Source of the DNA: Phyllobacteriaceae bacterium
GTDB taxonomy: Bacteria; Pseudomonadota; Alphaproteobacteria; Rhizobiales; Rhizobiaceae
Direction: 5' to 3'
Length of the DNA: 64,000 nucleotides
NCBI GenBank assembly: GCA_016711085.1
Contig: JADJTR010000005.1
Location: forward strand, 230,727 to 294,726
The notes beneath the pieces are model-generated. The model was given only the letters and a program-made list of their open reading frames with translations, did no database searches and was not told the origin of the DNA. Shown one piece after another: positions 1 through 14,010 of this stretch; position 1 is the stretch's first letter, and the number at the start of each line of letters is the position of its first letter. Position numbers and translations under genes: made by a program.

Positions 1-148
1 CGCGCGCCGCGACATCGAGAATGCGGCGGATAGTCTCTTCGTCGACCGGGTCGGCCAGGAAGGCGCGCACGGATTTGCGGCCGCCGATCGCCTCTTCGAC
101 AATCGCGCGATATTTCGCCGAACCGGGCCGGTTGGAGTCGTCGAGCAT
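1..148 (-). CDS. nitroreductase-family protein, N-terminal fragment (gene runs off window start)
   Basis: Reverse-strand ATG at 148..146 translates MLDDSNRPGSAKYRAIVEEAIGGRKSVRAFLADPVDEETIRRILDVAAR. The R-x-S-V-R-x-F ... E.I..IL pattern is typical of nitroreductase N-termini. Not in the ORF track because the window edge truncates it. Confidence 0.4.
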   Translation of the reverse strand, partial: MLDDSNRPGSAKYRAIVEEAIGGRKSVRAFLADPVDEETIRRILDVAAR

Positions 149-327
149 GAAGATAGTGCTTTTCCCCGCCTTACAATCGGTTTGGCACGGGCTGCTTTCC
201 CCGGCAAGCGCTAATGCTGCGCGCCCGAATGGCGCAGGGCAAGCGCTCCTGCCGTCCTTCCGCGTCGTTTTCGCGCTGGCGCATCCCGGTTTTTTCTCCT
301 CAAATGACCAAATTCGAGGAGGAATTC

Positions 328-2778
328 ATGTCGGACCTGCCAACCCATGCCCGCGTCGTCATCATCGGCGGCGGCGCCGTCGGCGTCTCCGCGCTCTATC
401 ATCTGGCCAAGGCCGGCTGGACCGATTGCGTGCTGCTCGAAAAGAACGAGCTGACGGCCGGCTCCACCTGGCATGCCGCCGGCAACGTGCCGACCTTTTC
501 CACCTCGTGGTCGCTGATGAACATGCAGCGCTATTCGGCCGAGCTTTATCGCGGCCTCGGCAAGGCCGTCGGCTACCCGATGAATTACCATGTCACCGGG
601 TCGCTCCGGCTGGCCCATTCGAAGGAGCGCATGCGCGAATTCGAGCGGGCCAAGGGCATGGGCCGCTATCAGGGCATGGCGATCGAAGTGATTTCGCCGG
701 AAAATATCCGCGACCGCTATCCCTTCATCGAGACCCATGATCTCGTCGGCGCGCTCTATGATCCCAACGATGGTGACATCGACCCGGCCCAGCTGACCCA
801 GGCGCTGGCCAAGGGGGCGCGCGACCTCGGCGCGAAAATCATCCGTTTCTGCGCCGTCACCGGCGCGCGCCGGGCGGGCGACGAGTGGGTCTTGTCGACC
901 ACCAAGGGCGACATGCGCTGCGACATCGTCGTCAACGCCGCCGGTTACCGCGCCAAGGAGGTCGGCGCGCTTTTCGGCCGCGATATTCCTCTCGTCGCCA
1001 TGAGCCATCAATACATCCTTTTCGACGAAATCCCCGAACTGAAAGCCTGGTCGCAGAAGGAGGGCCGCAAGCTGCCGCTGCTGCGCGACGTCGACACGTC
1101 GTACTACCTGCGCCAGGAGAAGAACGGCATGAATCTCGGCCCCTACGAGCGCGATTGCCGCGCCCACTGGGTCACCGCCGACGATCCGATGCCCGAAGAT
1201 TTCTCCTTCCAGCTCTATCCCGACGATCTCGACCGTCTCGGCCCCTACATGGAGGATGCGCTGGCCCGCGTGCCGATCCTGGCGAAAGCCGGCCTGTCGA
1301 AGGTCATCAACGGACCGATCCCCTATGCGCCCGACGGCAACCCGCTGATCGGCCCGATGCCGGGCGTGCCGAACGCCTTCGAAGCTTGCGTTTTCACCTT
1401 CGGCATCGCCCAGGCGGGCGGCGCCGGCAAGGTGCTGGCCGAATGGGTGACCGAGGGCAAGACCGAATGGGACATGTGGTCCTGCGATCCGCGCCGTTTT
1501 ACCCCTTTCGCCTCCGCGCCCGACTATGCGCTGGCCAAGGCGAAGGAAATCTACGGCCACGAATACGCCATCCATTTCCCCCGCCACGCCTGGCCGGCGG
1601 GGCGCGACCGCAAGCTTTCCGCCATCCATGACCGCACCAGGGCGCTCGGAGGCGTCTTCGGACCCTACAATGGCTGGGAACGGGCGCTGTGGTATGCGCA
1701 GCCGGGAGACGACGTCTCGGAGGAATCGACGCTCACTTTCGATCGCGACGGTCCGTGGCGGCAACGCATCCGCGAGGAATGCCTCGCCGTGCGCGACGCC
1801 GCCGGCATTCTCGATCTGCCCGGTTTCTCGCGGTACCGCCTGCAGGGACCGGGCGCGCGCGATTGGCTCAGCCGCCAGATCACCGGAAAAGTGCCCAATC
1901 CCGGACGAATCGGGCTGGCCTATTTCGCCGACGATCGCGGTCGCGTCGTCACCGAGATGAGCATCATGGCCATCGCCGAGGATTTTTTCTTCCTCATCAC
2001 CGCCGCAACCGCCGAACTCCACGATTTCGAATGGCTGATGAACCACCGTCCGAAAGACGCCGGGTGGACTTTGCAAAACGTCACCGAGGCGTTCTCCTGC
2101 CAGATCCTCTCCGGACCGAATTCGCGGGCGATCCTCGGCGATGTCAGCGACGCCGACTTGGCCAAACCGTGGCTGACCCACCAATCGGCCAAGGTCGGCG
2201 GCGTCTGGTGCCAACTTGTCCGCGTTTCGTTCGCCGGTGAACTCGGCTGGGAAATCCACTCGAAGGTCGAGGATACGGCGGCGATCTTCGACGCGGTCTG
2301 GGCTTCCGGCCAAACCCGCGGCCTGAAGCCGTTCGGCATGGCGGCGCTCGATTCGTTGCGCATCGAAAAGGGCTACAAGGCCTGGAAACAGGATCTGTCG
2401 ACCGATTACACGGCGCTCGAACTCGGACTCGAACGCTTTATCGATTGGGACAAAGGCGATTTTCGCGGCCGCAAGCCGCTCTGGGACGCCATGCATGGCA
2501 AGTGGGCCAAACGTTTCGTCACCCTTGTCGTCGACGCCGGCGAATGCGACGCGCCCTACATGTCGACGGTGTGGAAAAACGGCCGCATCGTCGGCGAGAC
2601 GACATCGGGCGGCTGGGGTCATCGCGTCGATCAATCGATCGCACTCGCCATGGTCAAGGCGCACATGGCGCGGCCGGGAACCGAGCTGGAGGTCGAAATT
2701 TTCGGCGACAAGCGCCGCGCCGTGGTGCACGGCCATGCGTCGTTGTGGGACCCGGAGAACGCACGCCTGAGGGGCTGA
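328..2778 (+). CDS. FAD-dependent oxidoreductase fused to a GcvT-like aminomethyltransferase domain (dimethylglycine/sarcosine dehydrogenase family)
   Basis: ORF 214..2778. Rossmann motif VVIIGGGAVGVSALYHLAKAG at the N-terminus and a GcvT-type C-terminal half (FAGELGWEIH, LRIEKGY). Start moved to ATG 328, which follows GAGGAGG at 316-322. Confidence 0.85.
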   Translation: MSDLPTHARVVIIGGGAVGVSALYHLAKAGWTDCVLLEKNELTAGSTWHAAGNVPTFSTSWSLMNMQRYSAELYRGLGKAVGYPMNYHVTGSLRLAHSKERMREFERAKGMGRYQGMAIEVISPENIRDRYPFIETHDLVGALYDPNDGDIDPAQLTQALAKGARDLGAKIIRFCAVTGARRAGDEWVLSTTKGDMRCDIVVNAAGYRAKEVGALFGRDIPLVAMSHQYILFDEIPELKAWSQKEGRKLPLLRDVDTSYYLRQEKNGMNLGPYERDCRAHWVTADDPMPEDFSFQLYPDDLDRLGPYMEDALARVPILAKAGLSKVINGPIPYAPDGNPLIGPMPGVPNAFEACVFTFGIAQAGGAGKVLAEWVTEGKTEWDMWSCDPRRFTPFASAPDYALAKAKEIYGHEYAIHFPRHAWPAGRDRKLSAIHDRTRALGGVFGPYNGWERALWYAQPGDDVSEESTLTFDRDGPWRQRIREECLAVRDAAGILDLPGFSRYRLQGPGARDWLSRQITGKVPNPGRIGLAYFADDRGRVVTEMSIMAIAEDFFFLITAATAELHDFEWLMNHRPKDAGWTLQNVTEAFSCQILSGPNSRAILGDVSDADLAKPWLTHQSAKVGGVWCQLVRVSFAGELGWEIHSKVEDTAAIFDAVWASGQTRGLKPFGMAALDSLRIEKGYKAWKQDLSTDYTALELGLERFIDWDKGDFRGRKPLWDAMHGKWAKRFVTLVVDAGECDAPYMSTVWKNGRIVGETTSGGWGHRVDQSIALAMVKAHMARPGTELEVEIFGDKRRAVVHGHASLWDPENARLRG

Positions 2779-2781
2779 CCG

Positions 2782-3792
<1,011 letters not shown>

Positions 3793-3793
3793 G

Positions 3794-4642
3794 TCATTTC
3801 TCCGTTTCGACCAGACCGCGCACGAAAAGGCCTTGCATGAAAACGATGACCAGCACCGGCGGCAGCGCCGCCAGGATCACAGCCGCCATCACCAGGTTCC
3901 ACTGCGGGTCGGCGTCCGCCACCGCGGCCATGCGTTTGATGCCCATGACAATGGTATAGTATTTCGTTTCGGTCGTGATCAGAAGCGGCCACAAATACTG
4001 GTTCCAGCCATAGATGAAGAGAATGACGAACAGTGCGGCCGTGTTGGTGCGGCTCAATGGCAGCAATATATCGATGAAAAAGCGGATCGGCCCCGCGCCG
4101 TCGACGCGAGCCGCTTCGACCAGTTCATCGGGAATCGTCAGGAAAAACTGCCTGAACAGGAATGTCGCCGTCGCCGAGGCGATCAGCGGGATGGAGAGGC
4201 CGGCATAGGAATTCAAAAGGCCGAGATCGGCCACCACCTTGAAAGTCGGAATGATGCGCACTTCCACTGGCAACATCAACGTCAGGAAAATCGCCCAGAA
4301 CGCGGTGAGCCGAAACGGAAAGCGGAAGAATACAATCGCATAGGCAGAAAGGATAGAAATGACGATCTTGCCGATGGCGATCATCAGCGCCATCGCCAGC
4401 GAATTGAGCAGCATCGGCGCCAAAGGCGGGGAGCCTGAGGTGGAAATGCCCTCGTCGAGCAACAGCGCATAGTTCTCCGCCATGTGGGAGCCCGGCCAAA
4501 GCGGCGCCACGCCGGACAAGAACGCCGAGGATTCGTGAGTTGACGCGACGAAGGCGAGGTAAACCGGAAAGACGATGACGGCCACGCCCGCCATCAGGAT
4601 GGCGTGGGACAGGATCGACCGCCAGCGCCCGGCCCCGATCAT
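3794..4642 (-). CDS. ugpE: sn-glycerol-3-phosphate ABC transporter permease
   Basis: 282-aa polytopic membrane ORF with the EAA loop ([15 protein letters not shown]), sitting between ugpA and ugpC. Confidence 0.8.
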   Translation of the reverse strand: MIGAGRWRSILSHAILMAGVAVIVFPVYLAFVASTHESSAFLSGVAPLWPGSHMAENYALLLDEGISTSGSPPLAPMLLNSLAMALMIAIGKIVISILSAYAIVFFRFPFRLTAFWAIFLTLMLPVEVRIIPTFKVVADLGLLNSYAGLSIPLIASATATFLFRQFFLTIPDELVEAARVDGAGPIRFFIDILLPLSRTNTAALFVILFIYGWNQYLWPLLITTETKYYTIVMGIKRMAAVADADPQWNLVMAAVILAALPPVLVIVFMQGLFVRGLVETEK

Positions 4643-4652
4643 CGCGGCGCGC

Positions 4653-5536
4653 TCAATATTGCACCCGCCGTTCGATCCACCGGAACTGGATCACGGTAAG
4701 CAACGCGACGAAGGCCATCAGCACGACTGACTGCGCCGCGGACGACCCAAGGTTGAGGCCGATGACCCCGTCGAGATAAACCTTGTAAACGAGAATGTTG
4801 GTCGCCGCCGCCGGTCCGCCTTCCGTGGTCGAATGGATGATGCCGAAAGTGTCGAACATCGCATAGATGACATTGACGACCAGAAGGAAGAACGTCGTCG
4901 GCGACAGCAATGGCAGGACAATGGTGGCAAAGCGCTTCACCGGCCCCGCCCCGTCGATCGCCGCGGCTTCGATCAGCGAATGCGGGATCGCCTGGAGGCC
5001 GGCAAGGAAAACAGGAAATTGTAGGAGAGCTGCTTCCAGCTCGCCGCCAGCACGATGAGGATCATCGCCTGGGTCGAGGATACCCGATGATTCCAGTCAA
5101 CGCCGAGAAGCGACAGGCCATAGGTCAGGATGCCGATGGTCGGGTTGAACATGAACCACCACAGGATGCCGGCGATGGCCGGCGCGATGGCGAAGGGCCA
5201 AACCATCGCCGTCGTGTAGATATTGCGTCCGCGCAACAGCGCATCGGCGTTGGCCGCCAGCAACAGCGCCATTCCCATCGACAGGGCGGCGACGGCGGCG
5301 GCGAACAGCAGCGAAACGCCGAAAGATTCCAGGTATGCGCCGTCGGCAAACAAGCGCCGGTAGTTTTCGAACCAGACGAAGGTCGATTTCATTCCGAACG
5401 GGTCTTCGCGAAGGAACGACGTGCTGATCGCCTGGGCCGCCGGCCACAGGAAAAACACCGCCGTTATCGCCAGTTGCGGCGCCAACAAGGCGTACGGCAA
5501 AAAGCGGTTCGGAAAGGTCGTGCGCTTGGATTGCAT
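4653..5536 (-). pseudogene. ugpA: sn-glycerol-3-phosphate ABC transporter permease, frame broken once
   Basis: N-terminal part is in ORF 4973..5701 (real start MQSKRTTFPN at 5536). C-terminal part is ORF 4653..4940 ([13 protein letters not shown]...). The frames join if one T is restored in the T-run at 5008-5011 (reverse strand), giving ...[32 protein letters not shown]... Confidence 0.8.
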
Positions 5537-5594
5537 GGGAAAGGCGGTTTGACCGGGCGGCAACACAGCCGCCGCCCGGTCATGACCCTGGTGA

Positions 5595-6919
5595 TCAGTT
5601 GGCTGCCTGGAAGTCGCGCAGAATCTGGTTGCCGCGCTGAACCGCCGAATCGAGCGCCTGCTTGCCGGATTTCTTGCCGGCGAGCATCGCCTCGAATTCA
5701 TTGTCGATCACGTCGCGCACTTGCACCAGATTGCCGAAACGCAGACCCTTGGTGTTTTCGTTCGGCGCGGTTCGGGTGATCTGCTTGATGGCGATGTCGG
5801 CGCCGGGCGTTTTGTCGTAAAAGCCCTGGGTCTTCGACAGTTCGTACGCCGCGTTGGTGATGGGCAGGTAGCCGGTGAACTGATGCCAATCGGCCTGGAT
5901 TTCCGGTTGCGACAAGAAAGTGAAGAATTTCGCCACACCCTTGTATTCCTCGGCCGGTCGGCCGTTCAGCGTCCACAAAGTGGCGCCGCCAATGATGGAG
6001 TTCATCGGTTCCTTGGTCGCGTCGTCATAGTAGGGTAGCGGCGCGAAGCCGACCTCGAACCCTTGGCGTTGTTGATGACGCCGGCGCGCGATGCCGACGA
6101 ATTCATGTAAATGGCGCATTCCTGGGAATAGAATTTCGGCGGAGCGTCGTTGCCGCCGACCGGGCCGCCATACTGGTAGAGGCCGGCGTCGTGCCACTTT
6201 TTCATGTTGTCCCAGTGGCGGGCCTGCAGTTCGCCGTTGAACGAGAATTCGGCATCCGTACCGCCGAAACCGTTGGCCTTCGTGCCATAGGGCAGGTTGT
6301 GAAGGGCCGAGAAGTTTTCAAGCTGGACCCAGGACACCCAACCGGTGGTGAATCCGCATTTGGCGGCGCCGGCCTCCATGATCTTTTTGGAGAAGGATTC
6401 CACTTCCGCCCAGGTCTTCGGCGCGACTTCCGGATCGAGACCGGCCTTTTTGAACGCATTCTTGTTGTAATACATGATCGGCGTCGACGAGTTGAACGGC
6501 AACGACAGGATATTGCCGTCGACATCCGAATAGTAGCCGACGACCGGAGCGAGGAAACCGGCCTTGTCGAACGCCTCGCCATTGTCAGCCATCAATTTGT
6601 AGACCGGATACACCGCTCCCTTGGCGGCCATCATTGTTCCCGTGCCGACTTCGAAAACCTGCACAATGGCCGGCTGTTCTTTGGCGCGGAACGCGGCGAT
6701 CGCCGCCGTCAGCGTCTCGGGATAGGTGCCCTTGTAGACCGGCACGATTTTATACTCGCCTTGCGACGCGTTGAACTTGGCGGCGATTTCCTCGAGCTTC
6801 TTGCCCAGTTCGCCGCCCATGGCGTGCCACAGCGAAAATTCGGTGGCGGCAAAGGCGGAAGTGGATGAAAGCAGTAAAACGGCAATGGCGGCAATAGCCG
6901 GGCGGCGGAGGTTTTTCAT
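5595..6919 (-). pseudogene. ugpB: sn-glycerol-3-phosphate-binding periplasmic protein, frame broken once
   Basis: ORF 6002..6919 (signal peptide MKNLRRPAIAAIAVLLLSSTSAFA, WHAMGGELGK, PFNSSTPIMYYNKNAFKKAGLDP) continues in ORF 5595..6197 (FEVGFAPLPYYD...GYLPIT...). Both halves read like E. coli UgpB. A 1-nt slip lies near 6058-6063. Confidence 0.8.
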
Positions 6920-7069
6920 GGCGGCGATCCTGTGAAAGGGAATGCGCGGGGGTGCGCAATCCCACTAGCGTCGCCATGTGACAGGCGGGCGAAAATTGCG
7001 TGAAAGTCGGATGACGCGATTTGATCGGCGTCATCGGCGCGTCGTCGAACAGGGGTTATCCAGGAGACG

Positions 7070-9624
<2,555 letters not shown>

Positions 9625-9735
9625 GGCCTGTCGCGCGCTCCCCGGGGCGTTGTCCGGGGCCGCGGCCTTCCGCCCACCGCAATGGCGGCCCATAATTCCT
9701 GGCGCCGCCGGAATCTACGACGAAAGGAACATGCA

Positions 9736-10887
9736 ATGGCAAAAACCCAGGCCGAAGCGGCGAATGCGCAATGGCGCGGCTGGACCGCGCTTTTGGTCGA
9801 CGGTCCCGTTGGCGCGACCGATGCGGTCGAGCAAATGCACATGGCCGTACTCGGCGCCATGGGTCCGTTCTCGCCTGTGGCGAAGCTCGCCACCGGCGGC
9901 GTCGCGAAAGCGGTCTATCGCGGCGTGCGAGGCGGCATGCGCGGCGTTGGCGCGCTTGCCGACATGACCCTTCGCGTCGCCGGCCATCCCTCGCCCCTCG
10001 GCGAGGGCGCCGAGAAGGCGCGCGCCATCGTCAACGGCGTGCTCGGCGATCATCTTGTCGCCACCGCCAACCCGCTGGCGCTGCCGATGACATTGCGCCG
10101 GACCGACAATCCGCCGACCGGCCGGCTGCTCGTTTTGGTGCATGGACTGTGCATGAGCGATCGCGGCTGGACGCGGCGCGGCCACGACCATGGCGAGCGA
10201 CTCGCCCGCGAACAAGGCTGGTCGCCGCATTACCTCTCCTACAACAGCGGCGAACACATCTCGACCAACGGCCGCGCCCTCGCAACAATGCTGGAAGACC
10301 TCCTTGCAACCTGGCCGCTTCCCGTCGAGCGCCTGGCCATCGTCGGTCATTCGATGGGCGGCCTGGTGGCGCGCAGCGCCTGCCACTACGGCGAATTGGC
10401 GGGCAATTCCTGGGTGAAGAGACTGGATTCTCTCGTCTTTCTCGGCACGCCGCACAATGGCGCGCCGCTCGAACGCATCGGTCACTGGACCGACGGAGTC
10501 GTCGGCCGCTTTTCGTTCCTTGCGCCCTTTGTCCGGCTCGGGCGCGCCCGAAGCGCCGGCATCGTCGATCTCCGCTACGGCCATTTGCGCGATGAGGACC
10601 ACCTTGCCGGCGCCGATCGCCAGCCTGTCCCCTTGCCTCCCGGGGTCAATTGCTTCGCCATCGCCGCGACCACCGCCGAAAAGGTCGGCGGCCTGAAAGC
10701 GCGCCTCATCGGCGACGGATTGGTGCCAATCGACAGCGCCCTCGGCCGTCACCCCGATCCGCGTTACGATCTGGGGATTCCGCCGGCCAACATCTGGGTC
10801 GGGACCGGCATGGGACATTTCGATCTGCTTGATCGCCGCGCGGTCTATGAGCGGATCGCCGAATGGCTCAGCAAGGGCGCACGCTGA
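9736..10887 (+). CDS. alpha/beta-fold hydrolase (PGAP1/lipase-like)
   Basis: ORF 9682..10887. Nucleophile elbow VGHSMGG and LVLVHGL upstream. Start placed at ATG 9736 after GAAAGGA. Confidence 0.6.
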   Translation: MAKTQAEAANAQWRGWTALLVDGPVGATDAVEQMHMAVLGAMGPFSPVAKLATGGVAKAVYRGVRGGMRGVGALADMTLRVAGHPSPLGEGAEKARAIVNGVLGDHLVATANPLALPMTLRRTDNPPTGRLLVLVHGLCMSDRGWTRRGHDHGERLAREQGWSPHYLSYNSGEHISTNGRALATMLEDLLATWPLPVERLAIVGHSMGGLVARSACHYGELAGNSWVKRLDSLVFLGTPHNGAPLERIGHWTDGVVGRFSFLAPFVRLGRARSAGIVDLRYGHLRDEDHLAGADRQPVPLPPGVNCFAIAATTAEKVGGLKARLIGDGLVPIDSALGRHPDPRYDLGIPPANIWVGTGMGHFDLLDRRAVYERIAEWLSKGAR

Positions 10888-10921
10888 CCGACGTCCATCG
10901 GTCGGTCCCCGGAACAAGCTC

Positions 10922-12898
10922 TCATTCGGCCTTGCGCGCCGCGTCCAATGCCGCGATGCGCCGCGCCGTCGCCGGTTCGTCCAGCAATTCGGCCAGCGGC
11001 CGGTCGAGCCGGCGTCGCCAGTTCGGATGCTCGTGAACCGTGCCCGGCAGATTGGGCTGCTCGTCGAGCGCCAGCAGGTCCTCCAGCGGGGCCAGCGCCA
11101 GCAGCGAGGCCGAACGGCCGATATGGCTCAGCGCCGCCTCCACCGCCGGTCCCGGATTGTCCGGCGCCGGCCGCGGTCCGGCCTCGCCGAAGGTCGACCA
11201 CAACAGGCCGCGATCCCAGGCGCGGCGGGACTCTTCGCTCTCCCGACTGGCGTCGGCGGGCAACCGCCCCAATTGTTCGGCCCAGTCGAGATCGCGGCCG
11301 CTCCACCAGCCGGCGACTGTGGCGGTGTCGTGGGTGCCGGTCATGGCGACGGTTTCCGGCGGATAGTCCTGCGGCCCGATGAAGCCGTGATCCTCGGCCC
11401 GCTCGAACCACATCACCCGCATACCTGCCATGTGTTTTTCGGCGATGGCCGGCGTGAAACCATAGGGCGCGACACCCAGGTCCTCCGCCACGATCAGGGC
11501 GTTGGCGCGCTGCGATTCGAGCGCGACAAGACGGACGAGGTCGTTGAACGGATAGGCGAGATACGTCCCTTCGCGCGCGCCTTCCGGAATGACCCACAAG
11601 CGCGCCAGGCCGAAGGCGTGATCGATGCGCAGGCCGCCGGCCCGCGCCAGCGCGGCGCGCAGCATGGCGATGAACGGCTTGTAGCCGCTGGCCGCCAATC
11701 CGCCGGGCGAAAAACTCGTCAACGTCCAGTTTTGCCCGAGCGGGCCCAGCGGATCGGGCGGCGCGCCGATCGACAGGCCGTCGAGCATCAGGTCGCGCAT
11801 CGCCCAGCTGTCGCTGCCGCTCTTGTGCACGCCGACGGCGAGATCGGCGATCAGGCCGATCGCCATGCCGGCCGACATTGCGTTTTTCTGCACGGCGGCA
11901 AGGCTTTCGCCGCTCAGCCATTGCACGAAAGCGTGGAACGCCACGTCTTCCGCCCGCTCCGCCGAAAAGCGCGCCACCGCCGCGCCGGCCGGATCGTGAA
12001 ACGCCGAAGGCCATTCCCGCCAGCCCGCCAGGCCTTGCGCCCTGAAGCGCATGTCGAGCGCATCGAACACGGCGTGGCGAACGAGCGCATCGCCGCCGGC
12101 GCGGCAGTCCGCGTCGATGCGGGCGCGCGTCGCTCCGTCAAGGTTGTCGAACAGGGCGCGCAAATCGGCGAGCCGCCGCGGCAGCGCCGCGGCCCAATCG
12201 ATGAATTCGCCGCTTCTTGCCGCCGGCAGCGCCGGCAGGCCGACAAGCGCCGTATCGGCCAGCGCGCCGTTGAGGAATTGCCGGCTCGACGGCGAATAGG
12301 GGCTGTAGCCGACGCCATGGCCGGGAAACAGCGCATGCACCGGATTGATCATCGCGGCGTCGGCGCCGCGTTCGGCGAACCGGCGAACCGCGTCGTCGAG
12401 ATGGCCGAAATGGCCGAAGGGCTGCGCCGCGCCGCGCAGCGCCGGGATCTGGATCGCCGGTCCCCACATGCGCCGGGCGCCGAAATCGGCGAGCCCCCGG
12501 CAGGCGGGCGGAGCGACCGCCAGCGCCATTTCGCCCCCCGCACGGACAAGCGTGTAATAGCCCGGCTCGGCAATGGCGGGGATCACGCCGTCGATCGCCA
12601 GAGTTCGCGTCGCGCCATCCTCGCCAACCAGTTCGGCCCGCGCCAATCCGCCGGAAAGCGGCGTCGGCCGGCCCGCCTCGGCGACGATCAGCGCCGGCGG
12701 CCGGTCATGTTCGCCGGCGAGCCGGTCGAGACTGCGCGCGAGGGCCGGCGCGCTGTCGGCGTCATAGCCGAGCGCGCCGAGAACGCTTGCTAGGGTTTCG
12801 TCGGCGACGATGCGCTCGACCCCGGCCACATCGCGCCAGACGCGGGCCACGCCGACGGCGGCGGCAAGGGCATGGAGGGGTTCAAGTTCATCGATCAT
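10922..12898 (-). CDS. malQ: 4-alpha-glucanotransferase (amylomaltase, GH77)
   Basis: 658-aa ORF with GH77-type segments (INPVHALFPG...YSPYSPSSR, RIDHAFGLARLWVIPEG, GTHDT). Confidence 0.8.
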   Translation of the reverse strand: MIDELEPLHALAAAVGVARVWRDVAGVERIVADETLASVLGALGYDADSAPALARSLDRLAGEHDRPPALIVAEAGRPTPLSGGLARAELVGEDGATRTLAIDGVIPAIAEPGYYTLVRAGGEMALAVAPPACRGLADFGARRMWGPAIQIPALRGAAQPFGHFGHLDDAVRRFAERGADAAMINPVHALFPGHGVGYSPYSPSSRQFLNGALADTALVGLPALPAARSGEFIDWAAALPRRLADLRALFDNLDGATRARIDADCRAGGDALVRHAVFDALDMRFRAQGLAGWREWPSAFHDPAGAAVARFSAERAEDVAFHAFVQWLSGESLAAVQKNAMSAGMAIGLIADLAVGVHKSGSDSWAMRDLMLDGLSIGAPPDPLGPLGQNWTLTSFSPGGLAASGYKPFIAMLRAALARAGGLRIDHAFGLARLWVIPEGAREGTYLAYPFNDLVRLVALESQRANALIVAEDLGVAPYGFTPAIAEKHMAGMRVMWFERAEDHGFIGPQDYPPETVAMTGTHDTATVAGWWSGRDLDWAEQLGRLPADASRESEESRRAWDRGLLWSTFGEAGPRPAPDNPGPAVEAALSHIGRSASLLALAPLEDLLALDEQPNLPGTVHEHPNWRRRLDRPLAELLDEPATARRIAALDAARKAE

Positions 12899-13106
12899 GT
12901 CGGCCGGCTAGCACGATTCCGCGTCATCGTCCCGGTTCGAATGGACGCGCTTTCGCCGGGCGCCGCCGCATCGCCGAATTCGCGTGTGCGCCGCCGACTG
13001 CCCCGACCAAAAAGAACCGTGCGTCGTACGACACGATGTTTGTCGCAAAATAGTCGAACGTTCCGCTATTCTTCTGCGGATATTCCGCTTGACACTTTGA
13101 AAAGAG

Positions 13107-13182
<76 letters not shown>

Positions 13183-13268
13183 GCGCCGGAGGGTCATTGC
13201 CCGGCGATTGGCCGGCGATATAGCGGCGGAGGCGCGGCATGTCCAGCGTCCACGCGCCGGTTTTTCAT

Positions 13269-13990
13269 TCAGACCAGCAGCCGGCCTTCGGCGACCTTGA
13301 CGGCATGGCCGCCGACGCGCGCGGCGACGAGGCGGTGATCGGCGATTTCGACCTCGAGGCGGATCGCCGACGGCCGCCCGAATTCGACGCCCTGCTCGAT
13401 CGCAATGCGTTGCACGCCGGAGGTCGGGGAATCATGGCGGCAAATCTGGCCGGCGAAGGCGGCGCGGCCGAACCGGTCGCCGGATCCTCGCCGATGCCGT
13501 CCCACGGCGCGAACATGCGGGCATGAAAATCGGAACCCGAAAACACCGTTTCGCGGCAATAGATGTAAGGACACGGTATTTTTCCGTCGACCCGGCCCAC
13601 AAGGTCGATCCACGCGTCGGCATTGACCCGGGCCTTGGCCGCCGGCAGCAGGCCGGAGACCGGAACCATCACGAAAGGCACGCCGGCCGACCAGCCGGCG
13701 ACGCGGTGGTTTTCAAAGCCGATATCCTGCGGATCGAGGCCGAGCGCCGCGGCGAGCGCCGCGGGTTCGACGGCGATATTGATCGGACGTGGAAGTTTCG
13801 GAAGGTCGAATTCCGCAAACCCGCCATTCACCGCGCAGCGCACCGGGCCGACTTTTTCCTCCAGCACGATGATCGACGGTCCAGTTACGCCGGCGCGCGC
13901 CTGCAGCGCCACCGCGGCGCCGACGGTCGGATGGCCGGCGAAGGGCAATTCGCCCGCCGGCAACGCATTTGCGGGCCGATATCCAGCCTG
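13269..13990 (-). pseudogene. PhzF-family isomerase remnant (frame break; N-terminus not recoverable)
   Basis: ORF 13265..14167 carries ELPFAGHPTVGAA ... HARMFAPWDGIGEDPATGSAA. The true C-terminus (AFAGQICRH...GRLLV) is in ORF 13269..13613 after a 1-nt slip near 13468. The expected ~60 N-terminal residues would overlap the efflux-adaptor start at 14011 and do not read as PhzF in any frame. Confidence 0.55.
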
Positions 13991-14010
13991 AACGATGCGG
14001 GGTTGAGGCG

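Noticed and set aside
211-2736. 841-aa reverse-strand ORF covering the whole dimethylglycine-dehydrogenase-family gene
   Set aside because: It is a typical high-GC antisense shadow ORF: Arg/Ala/Gly-rich with no motifs, while the + strand frame has clear FAD and GcvT motifs. The same reasoning applies to 10829..12793(+), 25073..26659(-), 27373..29358(+), 41554..42720(+), 49018..49965(+), 49625..51034(+), 53526..54437(-), 57297..58835(-) and similar track entries.
10886-10907. Hairpin GACCGAC-n8-GTCGGTC between the hydrolase and malQ stops, and GCCGGC-gtctca-GCCGGC at 19528-19545, considered as terminators
   Set aside because: The stems are short (6-7 bp) without convincing U-tracts, so they are too weak to list as features.
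13969-14010. Earlier ATG (13969) for the HlyD-family adaptor
   Set aside because: The 14 extra residues (MRADIQPERCGVEA) are not adaptor-like and would deepen the overlap with the PhzF remnant. MNKNAGDL at 14011 is preferred, but this is not proven.
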